From: an uncultured Acidobacteriota bacterium
Lineage (GTDB): Bacteria; Acidobacteriota; UBA6911
NCBI GenBank assembly: GCA_963839475.1
Contig: CAWIVH010000005.1
Span: 10,357 to 74,356 of the forward strand
Direction of reading: 5' to 3'
Length of the DNA stretch: 64,000 nt
The notes beneath the pieces were generated by a model, which searched no databases, was not told where the DNA came from, and saw only the letters and a list, made by a program, of their open reading frames with translations. Position numbers and translations under genes: made by a program. Positions 29,267-38,633 of this stretch are shown here, in pieces (within the stretch, counting starts at the first letter, position 1; each line of letters opens with the position of its first letter).

Positions 29267-29755
29267 TCAGATGGCTTGTGTGATCAATTGGACCAGAAAA
29301 CGATGAGTCCCCGCGGTAACTCCCAACATCATATTCTGCGCATTCACGGGTGGGTAGGTTTTGTACCCTTTCCCTTCAATCACCGTTGGAATGGATATTT
29401 TCAAGGTATCCTTGGCGCCGCTGATCCGGTTTTTAAATCCGCCGGCGACCATGTTCGCCATTTCACCCATAGCGTCCCGGATCATCTCATCGCCCTCCTG
29501 AACTTCCATTCCCAGAAGAGCCGAGGCGATTTTGCTCGCCGAACTGCGGCTGAAGTGCAGGCTTAATACTCCTGACATGTTGCCGGCGAACCCGATGATG
29601 GCAGACATCCCTATTTCCCCCGGTACTTCTTCCTTGGGGATGAGGCTCGCCTGCTCGCTGAACATGCTTAGGAAGATCTCCTTGAGCGTCTGATCGATTT
29701 CGTTCTTGAAGTCGGGTGGCGCAATGCTTCCCTGCATTGGCGATGGGCCATGCAT
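29267..29755 (-). CDS. cheX: CheX-like phosphatase (copy 3; close paralogue of copy 2)
   Basis: SAIIGFAG, DAMGEMANMVAGG (ExxN), ISIPTVIEG. Confidence 0.88.
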   Translation of the reverse strand: MHGPSPMQGSIAPPDFKNEIDQTLKEIFLSMFSEQASLIPKEEVPGEIGMSAIIGFAGNMSGVLSLHFSRSSASKIASALLGMEVQEGDEMIRDAMGEMANMVAGGFKNRISGAKDTLKISIPTVIEGKGYKTYPPVNAQNMMLGVTAGTHRFLVQLITQAI

Positions 29756-29795
29756 AGAGATCCCTCCTCACCATTCCATGGTAATCATGAAACCA

Positions 29796-29823
29796 TTATC
29801 GGTGGATGCCGTCGATATCTTTA
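29796..29823 (-). promoter_or_regulatory. sigma28-type promoter upstream of cheX copy 3
   Basis: Minus strand TAAA-N16-ACCGATAA. Confidence 0.68.
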
Positions 29824-30049
29824 CCGAATAGTGACAGTGCTTACGGAGTCAGGAAGGCCGCTCGGGACCAATGGGGCGCAGATCGTCATAAACACATCCG
29901 CGTTGATTAGATAAAGTATTTTATGGTTTGCGGGTTGCGCCAGACCATCCAATGCAAAGCTCCATGAAATGAGGTGTGGGCTTAACGGATAGGAAAGGAT
30001 ACCTGCTGCAGGGGAATGGGAAAACTCCGGCAGAAGGGACGGCTTTAGG

Positions 30050-30526
30050 TTACGGTTTCGGTTCCGGCGGAGACTCCGGATTCTCTTCCGTTGCTTTTTG
30101 GGGGTCGGCCTCTGGTTGTCGGGCCGGGTTTTCCTGCCCGGGCATCCCGATGTTTGGGAACAGTTCGAATGCCGTGCCTTCGTGAATCAGATGCACACCT
30201 TCGGTTTGAAGCCTCACGAAGTGGGTGCAGTATTTTCGGCTGTCCCCCCCCATGCAGTGATCCACGCAGAATAGATCGGTATCCGTGCAGTTGACGCATT
30301 CGCCCAGGGAAACGCACACCTTGGGAACTGTGATCCCGCAGGTGCTGCACAGGGTGAAGAGGTTTTCGCTTTCAACATAACGGTCGCAGCTGGGCAGTGC
30401 CGAGTTGTTCTCCAGGTAGCCGTAAATTCGGCAGCCCATGAAGATATGGCTTCCGCCGCTCCCGGCAGCTTCGATCTGTGCCAGGCTTTCATCCAGCCAG
30501 TTGATGCAATTCCTGCAATTGATCAT
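30050..30526 (-). CDS. cysteine-rich hypothetical protein
   Basis: 158 aa; 12 Cys in the first ~100 aa (three CxxC, one CxxxC); acidic Pro-rich tail; 40 nt downstream of glmU. Confidence 0.7.
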   Translation of the reverse strand: MINCRNCINWLDESLAQIEAAGSGGSHIFMGCRIYGYLENNSALPSCDRYVESENLFTLCSTCGITVPKVCVSLGECVNCTDTDLFCVDHCMGGDSRKYCTHFVRLQTEGVHLIHEGTAFELFPNIGMPGQENPARQPEADPQKATEENPESPPEPKP

Positions 30527-30565
30527 GGTCCGGTATCATTTCTGCCGCATCCATCAGGCGACGCC

Positions 30566-31957
30566 TCATTTTTCAGGCGATCTGTTCCTCCGGTTCCGGC
30601 TGCGCCATTCCAACTTGTTAACCTGTCTCTCCCGAGCAATTCCCAGGGCGTTCGCAGGGACATCTTGAGTAATGCAACTGCCGGCGGCGATGGCGGCGTC
30701 CCGGCCAATTCGGACTGGAGCTACCAGCTGGCAACCCGAACCGATAAACGCACCATCCTCGATTATGGTAGCATTCTTGGCGACGCCGTCAAAATTGCAG
30801 GTAATGGTCCCAGCTCCAACATTTACGCCCGAACCGATCACGGCATCCCCAAGATAGGACAAATGGCAAGCGCAGGATCCGGGTCCCATGTGGGTCTTCT
30901 TGATTTCCACAAAGTTGCCGATGCGGCAGCCGGAACCTATATCGGCGTTGTCCCGTAGATGGGCGAAAGGGCCGACAATCGCGCCACTTCCGATGCTGGA
31001 CTCGCAGATAAGGCTGGAATCCAGGACCTGAACTTCGTCGCCAATCTTCGAGTTGCGGATGCGAACATGGGAATGGATCACTGCACCCTCACCGATGATC
31101 GTTTTTCCCTCGAGATGTACCTGCGGGTAGAGAATCGAATCTTTACCCACGATGACCCCGCCGTCGACGTAGGTGTGCGCCGGATCCATGACGGTAACTC
31201 CGGCAGCCATCAATGAAGAGCATTTCTCGCGCCACAGATAGCCCGAAATCCGTGACAATTCCTCGCGGTTGTTGATACCCTGGAGTTCGTCGAAGTCCGC
31301 GTGAAGCAGCGCTTCGATTTTCCTCCCGTCACCTTTTTGAATGCCGATGACATCTGTCAGGTAATATTCCTTTTGAGCGTTGTCGGTGGAAATTCGGGCC
31401 AGCGCATCCAGCAGAAGCGGGATGTCGAAGCAATAAAACGCCGCGTTGATTTCGGTGATTTTCTTTTGCTCCCGGGTGGCGTCCTTTTCCTCCACAATCC
31501 CGGCTACGGTACCGTCCGGCCCGCGCAAAATCCGGCCGTAGCCATAGGGGTTCGGCGGCCGGGTCGTCAGGATAGTGGCTGCCGCCCCGGTTTCGCGATG
31601 GTGCTGTATGAGCTTTTGAAGCGTGGCACTTTTTATTCGCGGAGTGTCGCCCGAGAGCACCAGCAGATCCCCATCGCGTCCTCTGAGATTATCTTGGGCC
31701 GTAAGGACGGCATGGCCGGTTCCCATTTGATTTTCCTGCAGAACGAATGTGGCAGGATGACCCGCCATGCAGTCCCGAACACGGTCGGCATCCTGGCCGA
31801 TTACGATAAAGACCTCTTCGGGCTGCAGATCGAGCGCTGCCCGGTAGACCATTTTCAGCATGGGTTCGCCGCAGATTTCATGGAGAACCTTGGCGCGACG
31901 GCTTACCATCCGCGTGCCTTTCCCGGCAGCCAAAATAAGCGTGCAAATGGATTTCAT
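30566..31957 (-). CDS. glmU: bifunctional UDP-GlcNAc pyrophosphorylase / glucosamine-1-phosphate acetyltransferase
   Basis: LILAAGKGTRM, QMGTGHAV, EYYLTD, hexapeptide repeats, GAGTITCNFDG. Confidence 0.97.
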   Translation of the reverse strand: MKSICTLILAAGKGTRMVSRRAKVLHEICGEPMLKMVYRAALDLQPEEVFIVIGQDADRVRDCMAGHPATFVLQENQMGTGHAVLTAQDNLRGRDGDLLVLSGDTPRIKSATLQKLIQHHRETGAAATILTTRPPNPYGYGRILRGPDGTVAGIVEEKDATREQKKITEINAAFYCFDIPLLLDALARISTDNAQKEYYLTDVIGIQKGDGRKIEALLHADFDELQGINNREELSRISGYLWREKCSSLMAAGVTVMDPAHTYVDGGVIVGKDSILYPQVHLEGKTIIGEGAVIHSHVRIRNSKIGDEVQVLDSSLICESSIGSGAIVGPFAHLRDNADIGSGCRIGNFVEIKKTHMGPGSCACHLSYLGDAVIGSGVNVGAGTITCNFDGVAKNATIIEDGAFIGSGCQLVAPVRIGRDAAIAAGSCITQDVPANALGIARERQVNKLEWRSRNRRNRSPEK

Positions 31958-32080
31958 AGGAGTGACCCGGATTCCATGAAGCGACAATCCTGTTGTTTGA
32001 TTTGCGTGCAACGAGGGTTTTGGATCTGATGTCGGTGGTGGAGGCACCTCTGCATTCCGCAGGCCTTCCGCCGGTCCAGT

Positions 32081-32905
32081 CTACAAGATAGAGTTCAGGG
32101 ATCCCACGGCCAGTCCCACCAATTCGCAGAATCCCGAATCGGAGTGCATGGGAGCGAAATCCTGGTCATTCTTGGCGTAAATCCGGTTTTCCTCGTTCAG
32201 CTCAATCGCGCGCTGCAGTGCACGGAGGGAATCGGAATTCCGGCCCTGCAGGGAAAGGGCGGCCGCCATAGCATACAAAACGTAATCCGCTTCTTTGTGA
32301 AGTTCGAGGGATTGCCTGAAATAGTCCACCGCACCTGCGTAATTACCCCGATTGTGCTCCAGGATGCCCAGGGAATAAAGCTGGTCGTTCGTAATGGCCG
32401 GTTTTTTGTGGGCAGCCTCTTCCCGGTCGCAGATCTGCAGATAGGTGCGGGAGCGCGCAAGAATTTCAGGCTCCGAAGGATAAGATTCAATCAAAGACCT
32501 GAATTCCGACCGCGCCTTTTTAAATTCCTTTTGGTAAAGAAGCTTGATCGCGCGCTCCAGACAAGCCAAGGCGGCTCCTGTGCTTTTGGTTTCCTGCAGC
32601 AATCTGGATCCTTGCTCCCGAGGTGGGGCGAACTTGCGCATATCTACGGTGACACTTTTAGGGATCGCCGCTGCAGCGGGCACGCGCGCCGATGCGGATG
32701 CCTGCTTCGTGCGGGTGGCTGCCTTTTTTTCAGGCATTTTCGAGATCGGAGGCTTTTGCGAACTTTTCTGCTGCGATTTTTGGGAACCAGGGCTTCCAGC
32801 TTTTTTGCCGGATACAGTTTTCTGGCTAATGCTCCCGCCAGCACGGATGGTTCCTCCGCTCTGTTTTTCTGTGCCCGCCGGTCTGCGAGACTGTGATTTC
32901 ACCAT
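32081..32905 (-). CDS. tetratricopeptide repeat protein with Lys/Ser-rich low-complexity N-terminus
   Basis: TPR-like helices (YSLGILEHNRGNYAGAVDYF, YAMAAALSLQG) ending NRIYAKNDQDF. Confidence 0.8.
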   Translation of the reverse strand: MVKSQSRRPAGTEKQSGGTIRAGGSISQKTVSGKKAGSPGSQKSQQKSSQKPPISKMPEKKAATRTKQASASARVPAAAAIPKSVTVDMRKFAPPREQGSRLLQETKSTGAALACLERAIKLLYQKEFKKARSEFRSLIESYPSEPEILARSRTYLQICDREEAAHKKPAITNDQLYSLGILEHNRGNYAGAVDYFRQSLELHKEADYVLYAMAAALSLQGRNSDSLRALQRAIELNEENRIYAKNDQDFAPMHSDSGFCELVGLAVGSLNSIL

Positions 32906-32989
32906 CCATTTTACCTTAAATTCAACATTTTCAATAACTTATACTGTTTTTAATTTCGGCCAAAAAATGTGAGTTATTATTAGGAGAAT

Positions 32990-33005
32990 TTGACTGATAA
33001 GTCAA
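32990..33005. promoter_or_regulatory. inverted repeat, candidate operator in the divergent TPR/mglB intergenic region
   Basis: TTGACT-GATA-AGTCAA in AT-rich intergenic DNA. Confidence 0.4.
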
Positions 33006-33197
33006 GGGTAAGATCAGGCGCACTTGGACCAGGACCGTTTGCCGGTGATTCTTATCGCACGTAAGTGTTTATTCAGCACTAGTTTCTGTTTTTTTTGCCA
33101 TGCCATGCAAATTCCTCGATTGAATCATTTTTAAGAATGAATAAGATAGTCTTGTACGCTGGCAAATCCATGACAGCGCAAGTGGGTTTGGAATCCG

Positions 33198-33734
33198 ATG
33201 GGCACTAGCAGCATAGTATTGCATGAAGCCGAATTCTCCCAACTCAAGGCCATACTCGAGAGCACTCAGAAGGATCTCAAGGCCGAATTGGTGCTTCTGA
33301 TTGACAGAAGCGGCCAGCAGATTGCCTCACAGGGCCCGCGAGTCGACATCGACCAGACAGCCTTGGCCACGCTCGCTGCAGCCAATATTGCTGCCACCAA
33401 TGGGCTGGCGCAGGTTGTGGGGGAGCCGTCTTTTTCCACGCTCTTCCATCAGGGAACGAAACGGAGCATTCATATCCTGGATGTGGCGAGATCTCTCTCG
33501 CTGGTGCTGGTTTTTGATCAGAACGTGTCTCCAGGTATGGTTCGATGGAAAGTGAGGCGGGCAGCTGCCTGCCTGGATGAGATTTTCGCAAACCTTCAAA
33601 AGAAACTGGCGTCCGGAAACGTTTCTCCCGTGGCGACCGAGCAGGTTTCCCGCATGTTCAGCGACGAAGAACTGGACGAACTGTTCGACCGTCTTGGCCC
33701 GAAACCGGAAAAGGATCGAAAGGTGCAGCCGTGA
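33198..33734 (+). CDS. mglB: roadblock/LC7 protein MglB (GAP for MglA)
   Basis: [40 protein letters not shown]; GTGA overlap with mglA. Confidence 0.88.
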   Translation: MGTSSIVLHEAEFSQLKAILESTQKDLKAELVLLIDRSGQQIASQGPRVDIDQTALATLAAANIAATNGLAQVVGEPSFSTLFHQGTKRSIHILDVARSLSLVLVFDQNVSPGMVRWKVRRAAACLDEIFANLQKKLASGNVSPVATEQVSRMFSDEELDELFDRLGPKPEKDRKVQP

Positions 33735-34318
33735 CCTTCATCAATTACGTAGCCCGCGAAATCAACTGCAAAATCGTCTATTACGGCCCGGGACTGGGGG
33801 GCAAAACCACCAACCTTCAATATGTTTATGAGGTCACCAACCCTGAAAACAAAGGAAAGATGATCTCGCTGGCTACTGAAACCGAGCGGACACTCTTCTT
33901 TGATTTTCTTCCTATTGATCTCGGCCAGGTTAAGGGATTCAGGACGAGATTTCATTTGTACACAGTACCCGGGCAGGTTTTTTATGATGCAAGCCGGAAA
34001 CTCATTTTGCGCGGAGTGGATGGTGTAGTCTTCGTAGCCGATTCCCAGGAAGAGCGGATGGACGCCAATCGTGAGTCGCTGGCAAATCTGTCGGACAACC
34101 TGAAGGAGCACGGCTATGACCTGCTCAAGATTCCCTACGCTCTGCAATTGAACAAGCGAGATCTGCCTTCGGCCATGCCCGTAGAGGAAATGAAGAGCGC
34201 TCTCCTCGTCAAAGGAGAACCGGCATTCGAAGCAGTGGCTATTCGGGGTGTCGGCGTGCTGGATACCCTGAAAGTTGTGGCCCGGCAGGTTCTCGTCGAG
34301 CTACGCAAGAGCGCTTAA
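33731..34318 (+). CDS. mglA: MglA small Ras-like GTPase
   Basis: [47 protein letters not shown]. Confidence 0.97.
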   Translation: MTFINYVAREINCKIVYYGPGLGGKTTNLQYVYEVTNPENKGKMISLATETERTLFFDFLPIDLGQVKGFRTRFHLYTVPGQVFYDASRKLILRGVDGVVFVADSQEERMDANRESLANLSDNLKEHGYDLLKIPYALQLNKRDLPSAMPVEEMKSALLVKGEPAFEAVAIRGVGVLDTLKVVARQVLVELRKSA

Positions 34319-34357
34319 TTTCCAGCCTTCAACTATCCGCACCCCAAAGGAGCCAAC

Positions 34358-34726
34358 ATGATCCACAATCGTGAATTCTTGAAGGTAGTCGATGACGCCA
34401 AAACTCGTGTCCGTGAAATCACCGTGGAGGAAGTGCGACAGTTGCAGCAGCAGAACATCCCATTCCATTTTGTCGACGTCCGGGAGGATTCGGAATGGCA
34501 GGCGGGCCGGGCTGCAGGATCGATACACCTGGGGAAAGGGATCATTGAGCGCGATGTAGAAACGGACATCCCGGACAAAGGCGCTAAGGTGGTGCTCTAT
34601 TGCGGCGGCGGCTTCCGCTCGGCTTTGGCCGGAGACATGCTTCAGAAAATGGGGTACCGGGATGTGCTGTCGATGGCGGGCGGGATCAAAGCCTGGATGA
34701 CGGCGGGGTATCCGATGAGTACCTAA
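34358..34726 (+). CDS. rhodanese-like domain protein
   Basis: VDVREDSEW, GSIHLGKG, LYCGGGFRSALA, SMAGG. Confidence 0.92.
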   Translation: MIHNREFLKVVDDAKTRVREITVEEVRQLQQQNIPFHFVDVREDSEWQAGRAAGSIHLGKGIIERDVETDIPDKGAKVVLYCGGGFRSALAGDMLQKMGYRDVLSMAGGIKAWMTAGYPMST

Positions 34727-34907
34727 TCCGGAGTGTTTTCCCGGTCTCTGTTGCGGTTGCGGGTTTACTCCGCTGCACCATTACTCAACCGTGATCCGGG
34801 AATCTTCAGGCTCAGGGCAAGCAAGAACGCCTGTCTGAAAGACGGCCTGCAATCACGACCCCAGGCTTATGGATGCCGGTTGCAGCGTTTAGCCAAGCGA
34901 AAGGCAG

Positions 34908-34943
34908 AGGCGGGCGGAACCGCCCGGTTCCGCCCCGTCTTTT
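34908..34943 (+). terminator. intrinsic terminator after mglBA-rhodanese, between convergent genes
   Basis: GGCGGAACC-GCCC-GGTTCCGCC stem followed by CCGTCTTTT. Confidence 0.65.
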
Positions 34944-34959
34944 CATATCCTAATGCACC

Positions 34960-36550
34960 TCAAACTTGCGGCCGGCTGATCCTGCTGTGATGCCGGCTGT
35001 AGGTGAAGTAAATCACGAGTCCGATCAGCAACCAGATGAGCAACCTCATCCAATTCACGTAGCCAAGCTTGTACATCATGTAGCCGTTGAACAGGATTCC
35101 CAGGACCGGCACGAAAGGTACCAGCGGAGTTCGGAACGGCCTCGCCTGGCTGGGATTTGTTTTGCGCAGGATGAGAACGGCGATACATACGATCACGAAA
35201 GCCAGCAGAGTCCCGATGTTCACCATCTTGCCAATGTCGTCGATGGGTGTGAGGCTGCCCACGATAGCTGCCAGAAGGCCCACAAGCATGGTGTTCTTAT
35301 AGGGAGTGCGGTACTTCGGATGGATGGCGGCAAAAAACTTGCGGGGTAGCAGCCCATCCTTGGCCATCGCGTAGAGAACCCGGGTTTGCCCAAGCAGCAT
35401 TACCAGCATGACGCTTGTCAGACCGGCCAGGGCTCCTGCGGTGATGAGATGCGAAGCGGCCGTCAATCCGCGGTCCATAAATGCGCGTGCGATGGGAGCC
35501 TCGATGTTGATTTCGCGCCATGGGACCATGCCTGTCAGCACCGCGGCTACCGCGATGTAAAGCACTGTGCAGGCCAGGAGCGAAGCGATGATGCCTATGG
35601 GAAGATCGCGTTGCGGATTCTTGGCTTCCTGAGCGGTTGTCGAGACGGCGTCGAAACCGATGTACGCGAAAAAGATATAGGCTGCACCAGCGCCGATGCC
35701 CGACAATCCGAACGGTGCGAAGGTTGACCAGTCGCTGCCCCAGTTCTTTGTATCTACATACTGTATTCCGAGGGCGATCACGAACAACACGACCGATACT
35801 TTGATTACGACGATCGTGGCATTGAATCCGGCCGATTCCTTGATCCCGACGACCAGGATGCCTGTGATCACCAAAGCGATGAACAAAGGCGGGAAGGTTG
35901 AATCCGATTTCCATGCCGAAAAGGTGGGGGGCGTTCAGGAGGTCGTGAGCGCGCTGGATCAGTTCAGGCGACTTGGCGCTGGCAATTTGGGTGACTTTTT
36001 CAATGAAGGCTTGGGTGCCTTCCACGAGGTTCGGATCCGACGCCTTCGCCATGGCGCGGGCGATTGTGTGCTCGGCGGTGCGGAGAGCGGTCCAGTGGTC
36101 ATAGGCCAGCCACAACGGGATGTCGATTTTGAAAATCCTCATGAATTCGATGAAATGGTTCGACCATCCGGATGAAACCGTGCTGGCTCCCATGGCATAT
36201 TCCAAAGTCAAATCCCAGCCTATGATCCAGGCAAACAGTTCGCCGAGCGTGGCGTAGGCGTAGGTGTAGGCGCTTCCCGCCAGCGGGATCATGGCTGCAA
36301 ACTCGGCATAGCAGAGTCCGGCGAAAGCGCACCCGAGCCCTGAAATCACGAAGGAAAGCATCAGGCCAGGTCCGGCGTAATGGGCGCCCAGTCCGGATAG
36401 GACAAAGATACCGGCTCCGATTATTGCCCCAACCCCGAGTGCGGTCAGCGAAACCGGACCCAGCGTGCGCTTTAGCGTATGCTCCCCCGACTCGTGAGCC
36501 TCATCGAGCAGCATGCTCATCGGCTTTTTAGCGAACAGATTCATACCCAT
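34960..36550 (-). pseudogene. APC-family amino acid permease split by a single-base frameshift (possibly a sequencing error)
   Basis: N-part LKRTLGPVSLTALGVGAIIGAGIF..GFNLPA continues as LFIALVITG..FFAYIGFD if one T is removed from the run at 35885-35887. Confidence 0.85.
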
Positions 36551-36803
36551 TCAGTTCTCCTGTCATCAGCGGCACGCAACAGTAAGCGCGCGCCAGGGCC
36601 TGGCCCTTTCGCGCTCCTTCTAGCGGGAGTTTGAACCCGGCTTGCCCGAATTGCAGTCGCGATATATGTTTGCGGAAACTAGCACCTTCTGCCGAATCGT
36701 GCAAGCTCCAAAATCTGGGAGGATCAGCCCCTGGCGGGGAATTCAGCCCGTGATTCAGCCGGGTTTCGCGAGCCCGTGCCAGGTGGGGTGCGGAAATGGC
36801 ACA

Positions 36804-37028
36804 TCAATCGATGCCGCACATGCCTCGCTGGGCGGCACTGCAAGATCCGCAGGGGCCGGTTTCCCGTGGAGCCGGGCTTGGGGATGAAGCGGCTACGGCG
36901 AAAGTGGACAGCAGCTGCATTACCTGAGCGCTGCCGCAGGACCGGCAATGAACTTCATCGTCCCGGTTAAATGTGAGATGTTCGAAGCGGGTATTGCACT
37001 CGCGGCATTCATATTCAAATATCGGCAC
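36804..37028 (-). CDS. FmdB family zinc-ribbon protein
   Basis: MPIFEYECRECNTRFE..CRSCGS..LLSTF, C-terminal CGSC..C. Confidence 0.9.
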   Translation of the reverse strand: MPIFEYECRECNTRFEHLTFNRDDEVHCRSCGSAQVMQLLSTFAVAASSPSPAPRETGPCGSCSAAQRGMCGID

Positions 37029-37039
37029 CGGGTTCCTCC

Positions 37040-38026
37040 CTAGTCCTGTAGCTCGTCGGTCTCTGATGTTACCAGAGGGGCCTTTTCGTTTGAAGACCGA
37101 GTCTTAGGCCGAGGCGGGTATAGCAGCGATAAAACTATAGAACCGGCAAGTATGCACACCACAACCGCCAGGGAAATTCCAATCGATATTTTTACAAAAT
37201 TCCCTGTCAGCATCTTGGCTCCGATAAATGCCAGCACGATCCCCAAACCTCTGCCGAGATAGGCAAACCGGTCAATAACCGCGGCCAGAAGGAAGTACAT
37301 CGAGCGCAGTCCCAGGATGGCGCAAATGTTCGATGTGTAGACGATGAAGGCATCGTTTGTCACACCGAAGATTGCGGGGATCGAATCCGTGGCAAAAACG
37401 AGATCGGTGGTCTCTACCGTGACTAGCACCAGGGCTAGAGGAGTCGCGAAGAGTCTTCCGCTTCTGCGCACAAAGAAACCTCCGGATTCGTAGTCGGTCA
37501 CCAGGGGCACCAGCTTCTGGAACTGCCTCACCACGGGATTTCGACCTGGCTCCACTTGCGCACCATCCTGCTGCAGGATTTTGATTCCAGTCCAGACGAG
37601 AAACGCGCCGAAGACGTAGATCATCCAATGGAATGCGTGGAGCAGCGCTGCTCCCGCCACTATGAAGGTGGCACGCATGCCCAGGGCTCCCAGAATCCCC
37701 CAGAAAAGCACTCGGTGGTGTAATTGCGAAGGCACTTTAAAGTAAGTGAAAATCAGGATGAAGACGAATATATTGTCGACGCTAAGAGCGTATTCAATAA
37801 GGTATCCAGTAAAGAACTCGAGCCCCTTCGCTCTTCCGAACTGATGCGAAATCCAGAATCCGAATGATATGGAAAGCATCACCCAGATCAGGCTCCAGCC
37901 AAACGCCTCCTTCACCCCAACCGCACGAGCACGCCGGTGGAGCAGCCCGAGGTCTATGAGCAAAAGGACCAATACAACTGCTATGAAAATGGTCCAGAAA
38001 ATAGGCGACGCGATGCTATGAAACAT
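37040..38026 (-). CDS. terC: TerC/Alx family metal homeostasis membrane protein
   Basis: FFTGYLIEYALSVDNIFVF, HRVLFWGILGAL, VETTDLVFATDSIPAI, TSNICAILGLRSMYF. Confidence 0.95.
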   Translation of the reverse strand: MFHSIASPIFWTIFIAVVLVLLLIDLGLLHRRARAVGVKEAFGWSLIWVMLSISFGFWISHQFGRAKGLEFFTGYLIEYALSVDNIFVFILIFTYFKVPSQLHHRVLFWGILGALGMRATFIVAGAALLHAFHWMIYVFGAFLVWTGIKILQQDGAQVEPGRNPVVRQFQKLVPLVTDYESGGFFVRRSGRLFATPLALVLVTVETTDLVFATDSIPAIFGVTNDAFIVYTSNICAILGLRSMYFLLAAVIDRFAYLGRGLGIVLAFIGAKMLTGNFVKISIGISLAVVVCILAGSIVLSLLYPPRPKTRSSNEKAPLVTSETDELQD

Positions 38027-38076
38027 CGATGGCTCCCATTGAAGGCATCCGAAACAGATGGCCGGGCTGCTCAGCC

Positions 38077-38560
38077 TCAGGCGAGCAGGGAATCGGCATA
38101 GAACTCCAGGACATCCAGGTAGGGGCTGCAGTGCCTCCTGTCTTTAATGTATTCGTAGGCCTGCCTTGCTGTCATTCCCCGGGCTTTGACCAAGTAGGCT
38201 GCCGCTGCGGTCGGGGCACGGTTCCAGCCCGCCGTGCAGTGGAGATAGACTTTCGTCCATCGCGCAGCCAACGCGGATTCTACCTCCGCCACGCATTTCG
38301 GCAGGTTTGCCGCTATGTCCTGCTTGTTGAAATCCAGGATCGGGGACCGACGCAGCTCAATTTCAGCCTGAGACAGCCGCGTTCAGCAGCTTTTTCTCAG
38401 ACATTCTCTGGTTGGTGAGGTCCCCATCGCTTTGCAGGTTGACGATGGTCGTTATCCCCATCCTTTTCAACCAATGCGCGTCCTCCGGACGCACATAGCA
38501 CCCCACCCAAAGGCGGTCCGGGATAATCTCGTTGCAGTCGAGCATCAGGCCAGGTCCCAT
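38077..38560 (-). pseudogene. dual-specificity protein phosphatase split by a single-base frameshift (possibly a sequencing error)
   Basis: NEIIPDRLWVG..GITTIVNLQ..KLLNA joins LSQAEIELRRSPILDF..VYLHCTAGWNRAPT (HCxxGxxR) if one base is removed at 38377-38378. Confidence 0.8.
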
Positions 38561-38633
38561 CGTTTGACTTTTTACTTTATCATCGCCATCAATGGATGGC
38601 ACTGATTATCCCATGGCTCGGAAAAGGAACTGG

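Noticed and set aside
38027-38076. yybP-ykoY Mn riboswitch expected before terC/alx
   Set aside because: Only about 50 nt of intergenic space and no motif seen
35880-38380. Programmed ribosomal frameshifting in the permease and phosphatase genes
   Set aside because: No slippery heptamer or stimulatory structure; not known for these families
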